Shown piece after piece: positions 37,598 to 51,639 of a DNA stretch of 64,000 bases; the first letter of the stretch is position 1, and each line of letters begins with the position of its first letter. A program made the position numbers and the translations under genes. The stretch is from contig NC_043016.1 in the NCBI RefSeq assembly GCF_006345805.1, positions 6,076,001-6,140,000 of the forward strand, written 5' to 3'. Under the pieces are notes generated by a model. The model was given only the letters and a program-made list of their open reading frames with translations. It was not told the origin of the DNA and did not search any database. This stretch comes from Octopus sinensis. Lineage: Eukaryota.

Positions 37598-38250
37598 TGT
37601 GACAGCAGTTTTACATTCGCTAGATTACCTTTAGCTAGGCTGAAATAATGCCTTCACCACTTGACCATTATAACCTCTTCTACTTCACCAAAAGTTAGCA
37701 TAGAGATAACAAGACCACCAACTAAATCTATTGTTCTCAATGATATGTCTATCCTTCTGGATAGTTATAAAAGCATAAACCCCAAGCAAAAAGATAATTC
37801 AGTCACCTCGGTGACAACTCAGTGAGAACGAAGTCTAGCTGGCCAGCAAGAACCTTGGTCAGAAGGAGAAAAGAAGTTATCTGTCAGCAACTGTGAGACA
37901 ACGTCTCACAACCCTACAACTCTCACCAGCTCTAATTCTGTTCTCTTACATCATTCTATCTCTCCATAATTACTACTAAACAATGAAGAGAACACAAACA
38001 CAAACTTTACTTCGCATGTCTTTAGATTTATCATAACCTGCTCGTCGAGGCAAGGTATTGTAACGTAACGGTAAATGAATACTTCCTTAAAACTTCATGC
38101 ATTGTTCATCTTTCACATCTTACAACTTGCTGTCATAACAGCAAATTTTATTGTTACAACTGCTGACTCCGACATTTCATATTATTGTGTACCTAATCAA
38201 TCTTACCCGTTACGATTGGTAACTACACTAATTAAAACCTAACCGTTACA
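37598..38250. mobile_element. Candidate solo LTR
   Basis: TGTGAC...GTTACA termini and LTR-like length, but no clean TSD. Confidence 0.35.
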
Positions 38251-38509
38251 TATTTTTCTATTCGTAAAGCAGCGAGCTGGCAGAATCGTTAACAGAACCG
38301 GTAAAATAGCTTAGTGGCATTTAGTCCGCCTTTACATTCTGCATTAAAGTTCCACTGAAGTTGATTTTTCTTTTCATTCTTTGTGGGTCGATAAAATATG
38401 TACCAGCTGTACACTGGGGTTGATGTAATCAATTTACCCACTCTCTCGATCTTACTGGCCCTGTGCCGAAATTTTAAATTCTCTTATCTATTCGTGTAGC
38501 TGTGTTACA

Positions 38510-38665
38510 TATGGCTTGGCTTGGCTTCATGCTCATACTTAATGGGCTGGGGTCATTGCAAATTAGGGGTCTCAAAGGCGCCGTCATGCGTAGAGCCGAC
38601 CAGTTCCACCAATGCTCTCCATCGCTTGCGGTACCGTGCAAACGCCTCTGCATCCTCCAAGGTTT
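38510..38665 (-). mobile_element. 3' end of a second RTE-type LINE with (CCAAG)n tail
   Basis: Minus strand reads LEDAEAFARYRKRWRALVELVGSTHDG, then ...gaagccaagccaagcc. Confidence 0.7.
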
Positions 38666-39023
38666 TATATCTGCAATTATGGACTTTAAAACGATTTAGA
38701 CCCGACAATGGAGATGCATATCATACAGGTAATGCTCTGTATATAGAATTCTAGAATATGTAGCATGTAAGACATTACATAGTATACGAGGCCTGAAGTT
38801 CTTACCATAAATTAAGGAAGACAAAAATGCGATCCCGAGACTTATTTAAGAGTTATTTCCCATGACCACTAAGGGAAATAACTCTTAAATAAGTTTTGAA
38901 TCTTTGCTATCAGGGAAGACAATCCTTTCTAGATTTTTAACCCATTTTAGTAAAATATGGTTTTGACTTGATTTTTTTTTTTTGCTGTTTATTTTGAACT
39001 TTGTCATTGTAGCTTAAGTTGAC

Positions 39024-39027
<4 letters not shown>

Positions 39028-39063
<36 letters not shown>

Positions 39064-41930
39064 TGTGTACAGTGCTCAGGTGCACTACAACTCATCGAAA
39101 GTGTATATATAATCAGGTGTAGTTTCGGCGGATTTCGGAAAGCATGAGGGCCTTAAAAGATGCAGTGTCATGGCAGTCAACAACTGACACAGGCAGTTTA
39201 TTCCATGCTTCAGCAACTCTGAGCGTGAAAAATGTTTCCGAAAGTCATGGGAGCTGTGTTGTTTTTCTGACTTTGTAGGCATGTCCACGTGTGTTAGACA
39301 CATGGAGATCAAAAAGGTGTTCAGTGTTGTTGTTGGTGAGGTGGTTGATAACTTTGTGGGTGTTTACCAAGTCCGTCGCCAAACGCCGGAGCTTCAGTGA
39401 ATCCATGCCCAGGAAACAAGGCGCTCAGAATATGGTAGGTGTCTGATGGAGGGTATGCGTTTGGTTGCACGTCTCTGGACAGATTCCAGGAGGTCAATGT
39501 TCTGTGCAAGATAGGGGTTCCAAACTGATGATGCGAATTCCAAGTGTGGTCGTACCATAGCTGTATACAGTTTTAAATAGATGGCTGGAGAGCGGCTAAC
39601 AAAAGACCTGCTGAGTGATGCCAAGACACCCTCGGCCTTCCTGACAATCTTAGAGATATGCTTTGACCAACGCAAATCACTGCTGACAGTGATGCCTAGG
39701 TCACGCTCGCAAGAGGATTTCTTGATATCAGTGTTGTGGAGGGAGTATGTGAACGCAGGGTTTTTTTCTCCAAAATGCATGGTGGTACACTTGTCCACAG
39801 CCAGTTTCAGTTGCCAGTCTGTGATCCATTGCTGCATTGTGTCTAGGTCTGATTGCAGGAAAGAGTTGTAGACATCAGGATCTGTCCTCTTGATTTCAAG
39901 GTACAGCTTGATGTCGTCTGCATATTTCAATACTGTGGCATTCTTTAAATTGGCATCTATGTCGTTAATGTATGCCACAAACAAGAGGGGACCAAGGACA
40001 GATCCCTGTGGTACACCCGATGACATCTCATATGGTGTAGAGTGCTGTCCTAGAACTGTGACTACCTCCTTTCGGCTGAGGATGAAGGATTTCAACCAGT
40101 TAAAAAGGTCATCCCCCACACCCATTGCAGAGAGTTTCACCATAAGCCTTTTGTGTGGCACAGAGTTGAAAGCCTAGCAAAGTCAAGGTAGACAACATCC
40201 ACCCATGAGCCACTGTCAGTAATCTGAGTAATGTCCTCAAGGAACTCGACAAGCTGGTCACTGCAGCTGGAGTTAGGGACAAATCCATATTGTGAGGGTC
40301 GGATGAGACTGTGAGAGCTCCAGAAGTTCCAGAGTGTTTCTCTGACACACGATTCCATCAGTTTTGCAATACAGCTAGTGAGACTGACTGGGCGATAGTT
40401 GACAGGTGATGTGCGGTCGCCCTTTTTGAACAGAGGAATGACACTGGCAGTTTTCCACTGCTCCGGAGTAGCACCATTGTTGAGACAGTACTGGAAGAAA
40501 ATAGAAAGCTGGTGTAAAAGGAAGTGCCTGCCACGTTTGAGAAGCAGGTATGTAACTCCATCGAGACCAGGGGAGGCATAGTTGCGCTTATTTTGAAGGT
40601 GACGTCGCAGCATTGCAGGTGTAAATTCCATAGTTGTTATGGAGTTTGCTGTTAGTGATGGTGAAGATGGTACATTTTGACTTTCAACAGTGAATATGTT
40701 TGCATAGCACTCGGCAATGAGTTCTGCGCATTCCTTGGGGTCGTCAGTGATCTGGTTTGTGTGAGGGTTGCGAAGAGGGCCCACTGGAGAGTGAGGTCTC
40801 TGCTTTGAGTGCACATATTTCCAGAAAACCTTGCTGTCAGGATTGACTGCTATGCACTGTTCAAATTCAAGCACTGCTTTTTTTGTCACTTGCTTGAGAT
40901 GGTTGGAGGATTTATTCCGCTTCTTCCTGTTGGTGTCTGATTTATGCAACCTGTATTCCCGTTCAGCAGTCCGACGTTCCCTCCTGGCAAGTCGGACCGC
41001 TGAAGTTTCCCAAATTGCCCTTTTGGGGCGGTTCTTCTTTTTTTGTTTACGTGGCACTGATGCTGCACATGCTGCCCATATTGAGTCCAGGATACTCTGG
41101 AGTATAGTATTCACATCTCCAGAGTTGTAGAATTCACGCCAGTTTGGGTGCTGTAGTTCAGTGTGGTACAGGTTCCAATCTGCTCTCTTCCAATCGAAGG
41201 AAGCAGATTGGAGATGGTTCAGGTTTTTGTTGCCCGCAAGAGCCAGATTGGTGATGATCATAGCATGATCAGAGTCACCTAGAGGTTCCTCCGTAGTGCA
41301 ATTGATAACTGCTTCAGGAGTTGTGGTGAAGAGCAGGTCCAAGGTGTTGTCGCCTCTTGTTGGAGAGGTGACTACTTGTGACCAGTTTGAGTCCAGCACA
41401 AGCTCAACAAAATCGTTTGCACTCTGTGGCCAATGGAAGGTCTCCCAATCGATCTCAGGATGATTGAAATCGCCTGCAATAAACACATAAGTGGCTGTTT
41501 TCCTGGCAGCAGCTCGGAGGACATTGCAAAGCTGTGTGTCCAATGGTAACTTGGGGGACGATAAACAACGCCAAGCAGGAGTGTTGACATGGTCATACGC
41601 ACGTCACAGAAAAAAACTTCTTCTTGTGATTCGTTCAAATCGGCACAAGGAATTACCAAAAATTTGAACGAACGTAGACCATCACGGCGGTTAGTGCGGT
41701 CCTTACGGAAGAGGTTGTACCCCGTAATGTTGAAAACCCCATCACAGAGTAAGGAATGCACCCATGTTTCCGTGACAGTGATGAAGTCAGGGTCAACACT
41801 TCTGACGTAGGCGTTGAACAAATGTATTTTGTTGCATAAACTGCGAGCATTTAAGGACAACAATTTGTACCCTGCTCGCAGTTTATGATGGTGTGTAGAG
41901 GATGGCAGGTTGTTGTTTATTGGCTGCTAT
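39028..41930 (-). mobile_element. Near full-length CR1-group LINE ORF2 (APE endonuclease + RT), frameshifted, (TTA)n tail
   Basis: LSLNARSL, TETW, VYRPP, GDFN, LDLLF, SDH (APE); NYRPVSLTS, PQGSVLGPLLF, YADD (RT); (AAT)n at 39028-39062 on the plus strand. Confidence 0.93.
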
Positions 41931-42054
41931 TTCTAGCATGAATTTCTCAGCATCTTATTCCCCAAACTATCACTTGTAACAAGAATGATTTATTTCCTTT
42001 TTTGTAAGTGACTGTTCTTGTTACACAAACTCCCTTCACTGAAATACATTTTTC

Positions 42055-42465
42055 GGATCTTTTCGGTTTGACCGGCAGTTTTTTAGAATAATTTCCACGT
42101 AACTAAACACTTTTAAACTTCTTATACTGTTAGAATGTGTTTATAAAACATCTTTTTCTCTTGGCTTTATTGAGAAAATTCTATAGTTTGTAAGATATTT
42201 GTTGTTTTTTTTTTCTTCAATTTCTGCAATTTCAACCAATCAATGACGTCTATTGAGGTGAAAACATTCTGTGCCATATGAATATGTCCCTCGTTTAAGA
42301 AACAGATTGGGTTTATTTACATTTGTGAAGAAAAAAAGATACCCTTCCCCCACCCTAACCCTAACACAGATTGAAATGCAATAGATCGATACTAGGGTCA
42401 TAATTATGGGTGACAATTTCATATGACACTGCTAGATAAAACTGCCGTTCAAACCAAAAAGATCC
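42055..42465. mobile_element. Merlin-like MITE, copy 4
   Basis: Same TIRs; exact 8-bp TSD CATTTTTC. Confidence 0.88.
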
Positions 42466-43539
42466 CATTTTTCTTATACACATTAAAAAGAGGAAAAGAA
42501 GCAACCCATCACCCCTCCCCCTCCTGCTGCTTTATTCTTTTACTTGTTTCAGTCATTTGACTAGAGCTATGCTGGAGAACCCTTTTTTTCCTGTATTTTT
42601 CTTTGAGTGCATTGAATCTGAGATCAACTTTTGTGTTTTCATAAATCAAATACTAATTTGTTGAAAACCATTGTTCCACCATGGGAAAAGTTCTGTTGAA
42701 GTGTTAATTTGTTCCTTATTATTTTGCTAATTTCTAATTAGGAGGCAGGTAAATAGGAAGTGTAGCTGTATGGCTAAGTTTGCTTTCCAACTATATGTAT
42801 TTCTTTATTGCCCACAAGGGGCTAAACACAGAGGGGACAAACGGATTAAGTCGATTACATCAACCCCAGTGCGTAACTGGTACTTAATTAATCGACCCAA
42901 AAGGATGAAAGGCAAAGTCGACCTCAGTGGAATTTGAACTCAGAATGTAACAGCAGACGAAATACGGCTATGCATTTCACCCAGCGTGCTAACGTTTCTG
43001 CCACCTTGCCAAAACCATATAGTTGCTTTCAAACTATACGGTTTTGGGTTCAATTCCAGTGTAGCAACTTTGACAAATGACAATCAAAACCTCAGGTGGA
43101 TTTGGTCGACAGAAACAGAAAAAAGCTTGTCATACACATATAAATATATGCATTCATTCATTCATAGATCTTCCATGATGGCATGAGTTGGATGGTTCAA
43201 CAGGAGCAGACAAGCCAAAGGACTGTGCCAAGCTCCATTGTATACTTTGTCATGGCGTCTACAGCTGAATGCCCTTCCTAACCCTAACCACTTCAGTGAT
43301 ATAAATACATGAGAGGTATATGTTTGTCCCTTTGTCTTGACTGTTGTAAATGAACGTCATTCATTTCCAATATTCTGCATAAATATGTTTGACCATGGGG
43401 AGATGTTTATTACCTTATTTGGAGATGGTCAAGGGTTAGCAACAGGAAAGGCATCCAGCCATAAATAAATCTGCCCCAGGCAAGCATAAAAAAGTGAATG
43501 TTAAAACAATGATGTACTGACAATTTTATAGTATCATAG

Positions 43540-44420
43540 AATGATCTAGTAGTAATTTCTTTTCAAATTTCATAATACTCAGAACACTGACAAAAACTAA
43601 TCCAAGCTGGAGCAATGTAAAGCTTCCTCCTGTTCACAGAATCATCCAAGGCCTACAATGACATGGGTAGATAACTGACACAGCAAACCAACAAGACGGG
43701 CAACTTTGGTGAAAAGGTCACTCTTGACAGAAAATCATGGAACAGTAATGGAACTGAATTGATGTTCCATGACTTTCAGCTACCTTAACTCTGTAGTAGT
43801 GCAACTCATCTCCTGACAGACCTGTATAAATGGAATCTCTACTAGATTCAAGACAATTGGCAGGACATAAAACACGAAAATTACGCACGATACCATTGAG
43901 AGCAGTCTATGGTTCCATGTTGCAAAGAAGACCATCACATTCTGTACCATGTAAACAAAGAACATAGTTGATCGTTGACAAGATTTATACAACGGTAGAC
44001 ATTTCAATATCAGTGCTTTTAACAAACTTTCTCTTCAGTTGCCATTAACAATGGCACTGAATGTCTCTCAACCTTGGTACTCGCTCAAAAATGGTTTCTC
44101 TATTCTCTAGTCAGATTCCAAGTGAGATATACATGAAAACTGGTTCAGATTTGATTGGTAAACCCAGCAGCTATTTCTTCTTTGTGGAGAAGCAATAGAT
44201 CTTCCAGTTGTTCGAAGAAACTCCCTTCATGCACAAAACTTAATAAAGACTTTCAATATTATGAGAAGAGCCAACTTATGGAATAATAAGAGCAAGTATG
44301 GATTATTAAGTTCATAATCTCCAGAAGACTAATTCCATGAATTCAGGCAAGAACCGAAACAAAATTGAGACGTTAGAACTGTTTATAATCCCTGATTTTT
44401 TGGCCAAGATTGTCTTAGGA
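43540..44420 (-). mobile_element. Highly decayed LINE RT relic
   Basis: Broken-frame remnants resembling RT motifs; no long ORF. Confidence 0.35.
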
Positions 44421-47327
44421 GTTTAAAATACTGAACCTTATAAAATTGAGAATATATAGAAACACATGCAATTGTAAATGTTAAGTAGCTCTTTGGTGAA
44501 GAACGTAACAAAGAACATAGTTTAGTGATTAAAAGCTAAACAGATCCACAGACATAAGATGATCTGAAAAAAGAAAAAGGAAGGGAAAAGACACTGTGAC
44601 CAGTTAGAGATTCAAAGAAGTACAACATGCACACACACACACACACACAGTAATGATCTTCTAATCATTATCACCAACAAAAGGTGACAGCTTTTTCACA
44701 TAAAAAAATAAGGTAATACAGGAAGATGTCATACCATTCATATCATGACTTAGCACAGCAGTATCATCATCATCATCATCATCATCAATTGCTACAAGGA
44801 TGAAGTAGATGAACTAGCACAGAAGTCCTTGACCTGGGGTACCTGCACCCCTGGAGTATGGCTGGTAGGGCAGTGGGAGGTACACAAAAAGGGCAAGTGT
44901 GTAATTTATTAAAATCACTTTTTGGAATAAAAGTAACTCTGAAAAATACTTTTTCTATTAAGCACACATTAAAATTTTTATTATTCTACATCTGTAGATT
45001 TAACATTAAGACCAATGGTTGTGTCTTCATTCTGTTTACTACATATTTTGCGTGATTATGTTCTCTTTCGTAAATCGAGAGAAATTCTAGAAACTTATTG
45101 AATCCACAGTCAAACCTGTAGACCACAATCTGGAAGAAAGTCCCGTGTTTTGATAAAGTCATCTTCATCATCGTTTAACGTCCGTTTTCCATGCTAGCAT
45201 GGGTTGGACGGTTTGACCGGGGTCTGGTAAGCCAGTGCTTCTACAACCTGATGCCCTTCCTAATGCCAACTACTCCATGAGTGTAGTGGGTGCTTTTTAC
45301 ATGCCACCGGCATAGGTGCCAGGGGAGGCTGGCAGTGGCCATGATTGGTTGGTGCTTTTTACGTGCCACCGGCACAGAAGCCAGTCAAGATGACGCTGAC
45401 ATCAGCCACGTTCAGATGGTGCCTTTTACATGCCACCGGCACAGGTATCACAACTACAATTTCCATTTGATATTTATTTTGATGTTGATGTACTTGACTG
45501 AGAAATGCAAATAAAGAAGTGATTGAATTTTATGTCCACAATTGTGATTGATTTCACTGTTGTTTACATTTTTCTTCTGATTACATTTACATTTTATGTG
45601 CTGAACCAAAACCTTATTTTAAGTTCAGTTCGTCCACCCACACTACTGTATCTGATTCGACTTCAGGAAAAAAAAAATAGTTATTAAGAAAATTGCTTTT
45701 TCTTTTTCTGTTTTCAAAAGTGAAATTACTTTTGTATGGGGTGCAAAATTTGATCAAACATTTCCTCAGGGTGCAAGCTATAGAAAAGTGGAAACTATAT
45801 AGACATTGAACTGATGGACCAGGTTGTGAAAGCTGCCAGAAGAAATATAATACAACTGAATAGGAACAAAATTAGCAAAGATGAAGTGCAGTTTGCTTAC
45901 GTGCCAGAAGATAGCATCAATACTCACTTCTGAGAGGGACAACTTCAGATGTACTTACTGTTCATCAAGCTAGAAGAGGCCTCTGACAGAGTTTCATGGT
46001 TACTAAGGAAACTAGAGGCAGATAAAAGGTTTGTGTGGGCTCTGGAAGCTGCTATGTACAGAGTGCAGTGAAGAAAGTGAGAGTTAGCAATGAATGCACA
46101 AATAAAAGTTAACGTGCAGGTAGGGGTCATTTGAATTAATTTCCAGCTGTTTCCTGTTTATTATGTTCTTTATTCTGTATTAGTTATAACACAGAAGTTT
46201 AAGAGAAAACATCTGTGGGAACTCTGTTTACTGATGACCTAGTACTAGTGTGAAAGAGAGAAGACAGTAGACTGCACTGGTACAGACTTGCGATGTGCAT
46301 CAAGGATGAGAGCTGCATGAAGAAGTAATAAAATTTTTTGAAACGGCTGGAACTTGCAGAAGAAGGAGAAGTGGAGAAACATGGAAGAAAGCATTGAAAA
46401 TTGATCTCTGAAGGTCCTCAAAGATGACAAAGAACAGTGACAAGTAGCAATACTGTAAAAGACTGTCTGCCTATGGAAGAATGGTAAAATGGTCAGTAAA
46501 ATATGTGGTGATCACCCTGTCTTTCATCACTGACAAATAAGTTGAGTCTAGGAAATCCCAGTATCTTAATGGCCAGAGATTTCATGTGGTCAACAATGCT
46601 ATCTGTCATAGCAACAAATTGTCACAAAACTTCATTTGTCAGATTAACACATCAATATCTGAAACACAAGAAATATGAGCTGAAACTATACAGAACTATA
46701 AAAATTTCCATTTTCCTCCAACAGCAAAAATATGAACTGAATAATAATGTTTTACCAAAAGATTAAACTATTTCAATAGAACTTACCTAAAACATATTTT
46801 TAAAGCTAATTGGCAAGACATAATGATATCAGAATTTGAGCTGTGCTCCCAGCAAGTATCTAGCTGTACTGATACAGTAGACTCATGTAGAATGCTTAAG
46901 ACATGACATTCGCATGCAGGCTATATTCCTGCCAAAAAGATTTACGTAGTAGGCAAGAAAAGTAATTGAAAAATACAAGGTACCACTGAGATTGTCTTTT
47001 TATAGTTCCTAACATTTAAGTAATAAAGTAACCTGATCAAAAGGTGCTTCATTTGAAATTGTGAGACATACAAGACTGTTGCAGTGGAACTGAAAAAAGT
47101 AGACGAAAAGAAATGAGCTAGTATCTCTTAGCTTTATGTCACCCTCATGTCTCAACTTCAAAATGCTGGTAAGTTACCGTCAAGCCACACAATACTAAAA
47201 TCCTAAAATACAGCCATGAACTGATGAAATACAAGCACACAGTTTTATTTAACTCTATTTTAATCTATGAAATATACAGACCAACATTACAAGAAAATGT
47301 ACAATATATAAACTTCAAACAATTAAG

Positions 47328-47374
<47 letters not shown>

Positions 47375-47564
47375 TATATATGTATGCATGTATGTATGTA
47401 TGTAAGTATATTATACACACACACACACAATTATTTACCAGTCTTTTATTTTTCTCTTGAAATCTAAATTCAAAATTTAATGAACTTAAAATCCAGATTA
47501 ATTTGCAAACTAACACATGCAAATTCCTGCTTTTTTTCAATTCAAATTGTTTTAATAGAATATG

Positions 47565-48469
47565 TTAATGTTTAGGTGTATTGCGTGTTCTCATAGCATA
47601 GTGAGACGATTTCTGCTGCTGCTGCTGTTGCTGTTGTTGTTGTTGCTGCTGCTGCTGTTGCTGAGGTTGCTGCTGCTGCTGTGTTTGTGGCTGTTGCTGT
47701 TGAGAAGATTGAGCTTGTTGTGAAAGGATATTCTGTTGTAGAGTCTGTGTTTGTTGTTGCTGTGGTTGCTGTTGGGGTTGCTGCTGCTGTTGTTGTTGTT
47801 GTTGTTGCTGAGGTTGTTGCTGTTGTACAGGTTGGCTGCTGACAACAGCCGCTCCCGTGAGTGGTGAGTGGTGTATAGTCTGTGTTGTCGGTGTCATTGT
47901 AACAGCAGTAGAGAGGACAGATGGTTGCGTAGTAGAAGCCACAATAGCATTTGACTGCACGTGTCCAGCTAATGTCATTTGTAATTGCTGTAGAGACTGA
48001 TTACTTATCTGAGACGACTGTAGAGCCTGGGTTACCACCGATGGAGACAGTGTAGTCAGCTTTGTGGCTTGAGCTAGAGTTGTGTGTACAGCGTGTACCT
48101 GAACCCCTGTATCATGTGCTAATGTTGTTTTCACAACAGTAGGAGTGTTCTGAGCTAAGGTGCTTACAGTTCGGGTGCTAGTAGGAAGGGCAGTGGCTAC
48201 AGCAGAGCCCTGTGTTATATTAATTGGAGAAGCAGCAATTGTCTGTATCTGAGAAGTTGTTGAACCTGTTGGTAACGTAACTTTAGTCACCATATGAGGA
48301 CCGGCTGATTGTCCTTGGTTCATAGCTGCAATAATGGTTGGTTGGGTTGTTGTAATAATAGGCTGACCTTTCATCATCTGATTCAGTTGGTGAACTGTGA
48401 AAGATTTCGACGTTGGAATGATCTGTACTGCAGATGTAGTTCCAAGAGAAAGAGCAGTTTTACCAGCAA
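47565..48469 (-). CDS. Q/T/A-rich protein, terminal coding exon ending ...QQQKSSHYAMRTRNTPKH*
   Basis: ttccag| acceptor, phase-1 start, open for about 300 codons to TAA, with long CAG/CAA polyQ tracts. The EP400/domino-like identity rests on composition only, so no symbol is given. Confidence 0.9.
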
Positions 48470-48594
48470 CTGGAAAGAAAGAAAAAGATCAGTGAGAATA
48501 CAGGTAAATTTACAAGGAACAATTACATTTATTAAATTTAGGCACAATTCTAACAGATAAATATTCTAGCCTTTTAGCATTTAACCCTTTAGCC

Positions 48595-49007
48595 GGATCT
48601 TTTTGGTTTGAACGGCAGTTTTTTAAAATAATTTCAAGGTAACTAAACACTTTTAAACTTCGTATACTGGTAGAATGTGTTTACAAAACATCTTTTTCTC
48701 TTGGCTTTATTGAGAAAATTCTATAGTTTGTAAGATATTTGTTGCTTTTTTTTCTTCAATTTCTGCAATTTCAACCAATCAGTGATGTCTATTGAGGTGA
48801 AAACATTCTGTGCCGTATGAATATGTCCCTCGATTAAGAAACAGATTGGGTTTATTTACATTTGTGAAGAAAAAAAAGATACCCTTCCCCCCACCCCTAA
48901 CCCTAAAACAGATTGAAATGCAATAGATCGATACTAGGGTCATAATTATGGGTGACAATTTCATATGACACCGCTAGAAAAAACTGCCGTTCAAACCGAA
49001 AAGATCC
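48595..49007. mobile_element. Merlin-like MITE, copy 5
   Basis: Same TIRs; exact 8-bp TSD CTTTAGCC. Confidence 0.88.
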
Positions 49008-49173
49008 CTTTAGCCATATCCAGCCCAAATATTCTACCTGTTTTATGTTTAAACTAACCAGATCCAGCTTGTCACACCTATATTACAATATCATCCTAAA
49101 AATAAATAATCGCATCATCAAAATCCTGAAGCTTCAAGAAAATGCATAATTAATTCAAAACAATGTGAATAAA

Positions 49174-51025
49174 TCATCATCATCATCATCATCATCGTTT
49201 AGCGTCCGCTTTCCATGCTAGCATGGGTTGGACGGTTCAACTGGGGTCTGAGAAGCCAGAAGGCTGCACCAGGCCCAGTCTGATCTGGCAATGTTTCTAC
49301 GGCTGGATGCCCTTCCTAACGCCAACCACTCCATGAGTGTAGTGGGTGCTTTTTACGTGCCACCTGCACAGGTGCCAGACAAGTCTGGCAAACGGCCACG
49401 GTCGGATGGTGCTTTTTACGTGCCACCAGCACGGAAGCCAGTCAGGGCGGCACTGGCAACAGCCACGTTCGGATGGTTCTCTTATGTGCCACCAGTACTG
49501 ATATCATAGCGACAATTTCCATTCATGTTGATCGATTTTGATTTTTGATTTTTTCCTTTTTTGATTTTTACTTGCCTCAACAGGTCTTCACAAGTAGAGT
49601 TTTGTGTCCCAAGAAGGAAAGGTATGCATAAGTGGACTGAGGCCATGAGTGATGGTCTCACTTGTCCTGCCGGGTCTTCTCACGCACAGCATACTTCCAA
49701 AGGTCTCGGTCTCTAGTCATTTCCTCAGTGAGACCTAAAGTTCGAAGGTCGTGCTTCACCACTTCATCCCAGGTTTTCCTGGGTCTGCCTCTTCCACAGA
49801 TTCCCTCAACCGCTAGGGTGTGGCACTTTTTCACACAACTATCTTCATCCATTCTCGCCACATGGCCATACCAGTGCAAACGTCTCTCTTGCACACCGCA
49901 ACTGATGCTTCTTAGGTCCAACTTCTCTCTCAAGGTACTTACACTCTGTTGAGTATGAACACTGACAATACACATCCATCGGAGCATACTGGCTTCATTT
50001 CTTGCGAGCTTACGCATATCCTCAGCAGTCACGGCTCATGTTTCACTGCCATGTAGCATGGCTGTTCGTAGACAAGCATCATACAGTCTACCTTTTACTC
50101 TGAGCGAGAGGCTCTCTCTTTGCATCCTCATTTAGCGCAAGTGAACCATCATCCATGCGAACACATTTCTCTCCTACCACATCACGATTCTCTCTCACAC
50201 ACTGTCTTGCAACGCGAAATACCTCAAGTCTTTGGTCCTCACGGCGCAGAACATTGGCAAATTTTTTCTTATCTGCTTCCCCTCTGGCTAAATAAACCTG
50301 TCTCCTAGCTCTCTTTTGGCAGTCTGATACAATTCCTGCTACCCCCATTTTTCCAGTCCTTCTAAGCCTGTCTCTTTTCTCTAATAGCCCTGTCTACAAC
50401 ATTGTTCCACCACCACATTATTCTAGGTCGAGAGGGGACTTTGCACCAGCACAGATCTGGTCAGTGGCTCTCAGCAGGTTGTCCCTTAGAAACGTCCAGT
50501 TGTCTTCTACCCCCTGTGATGCTCTATCCCCTTCTACTTCGTCAAAGGCTTCAAGTAATATGTCCCTAAATCTCTGTCCATTTGCAGGATCTTTAAGCTT
50601 CCAGATCCTTCTTCTCTATGTTGGTCGTCCTCTTAGTCCTGATCCTAAAGTCACTAACTACCAGTCTATGTTGTGGGGTACATTCTTCGCCTGGGAAGGT
50701 TTTGGCATTTATAAGCATCCATCTTTCCCTTTTTCTGGCAAGGATGTAGTCATTTTGGCTGGTATGTCGACCCGATCGGTAGGTGACTAGGTGGCTGGTA
50801 GGTTTCCTGAAGTTAGTGTTGCAAACCATGAGATCATCTGCGTTGCAGAACTCCAGGAGCCTGGTTCCCTCCTCGTTGCGGGAACCATATCCATAGCCTC
50901 CATGTACACCATGGAAGCCCCCAGCATGTTGTCCAACATGCCCATTGAAATCACCAGCCACAAAGAGAAGGTCTCTGTCGTTCGTCAACGAGGTAGTCTG
51001 CAGAAAGGCGTCATAGAATTGGTGG
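49174..51025 (-). mobile_element. Internally deleted RTE-type LINE (endonuclease part joined to C-terminus, RT missing)
   Basis: GDFNGHVG...NEEG...QHRLVV (APE) at 50593-50988 and RRLHWYGHVARMD...GRPRKTW at 49658-50032. Same 3' UTR and (GAT)n tail as the 22463 copy. Confidence 0.88.
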
Positions 51026-51639
51026 CGTCTGAGAGTAATTTGAATGCCAAAGGGTTAAATATTTAAACCTTTTTTATTTTAATGACTAATTAATTCCCAA
51101 CCATTTCATAATCCACCTGAAACCGTCATGTCTAGTTCTGTCATATAAATCAGGTTTTAAATTGTCCGTGATTAAATTAAAACCTGTTACAGTTCTATGT
51201 CAGAACAGTTTATGTTCCAAATGCCATCTTAATCATTTCAATACCAATCCAACTGAGACCACCCCTTCTGATTCTATCATAAAAACCATCTGTTTTAATT
51301 TTCTACATTTATATTAAAACCTATATGTTAGAAGATTTTGTAAAGTTATGATCAAAACACCAATTTAATCCTTTCAATAACAATTCATACGAGACCACCA
51401 CTTGTGGTTCTAGCAAAGAAAGGCATCAGTTGTAAAGTTTTAAATCTAAATATTTCATCACGTCCTAAATTAATATCCAGAATATATATTGTTTGATATA
51501 TCTTTTAATCTTTCACTTGTTTTGGTCATTAGACTGTGGCCATGCTGGGGCACAGCCTTGAAGGATTTTAGGCAAATAAATTGAGCCCCAGAACTTACTT
51601 TATTCTTAAGCTTGGTGCTTTTATGTGTCAGCAGCACAG

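Noticed and set aside
38500-38754. Plus-strand ORFs (VLHMAWLGFMLILNG..., in phase with the exon above)
   Set aside because: The sequence is the antisense of an RTE LINE C-terminus and 3' tail.
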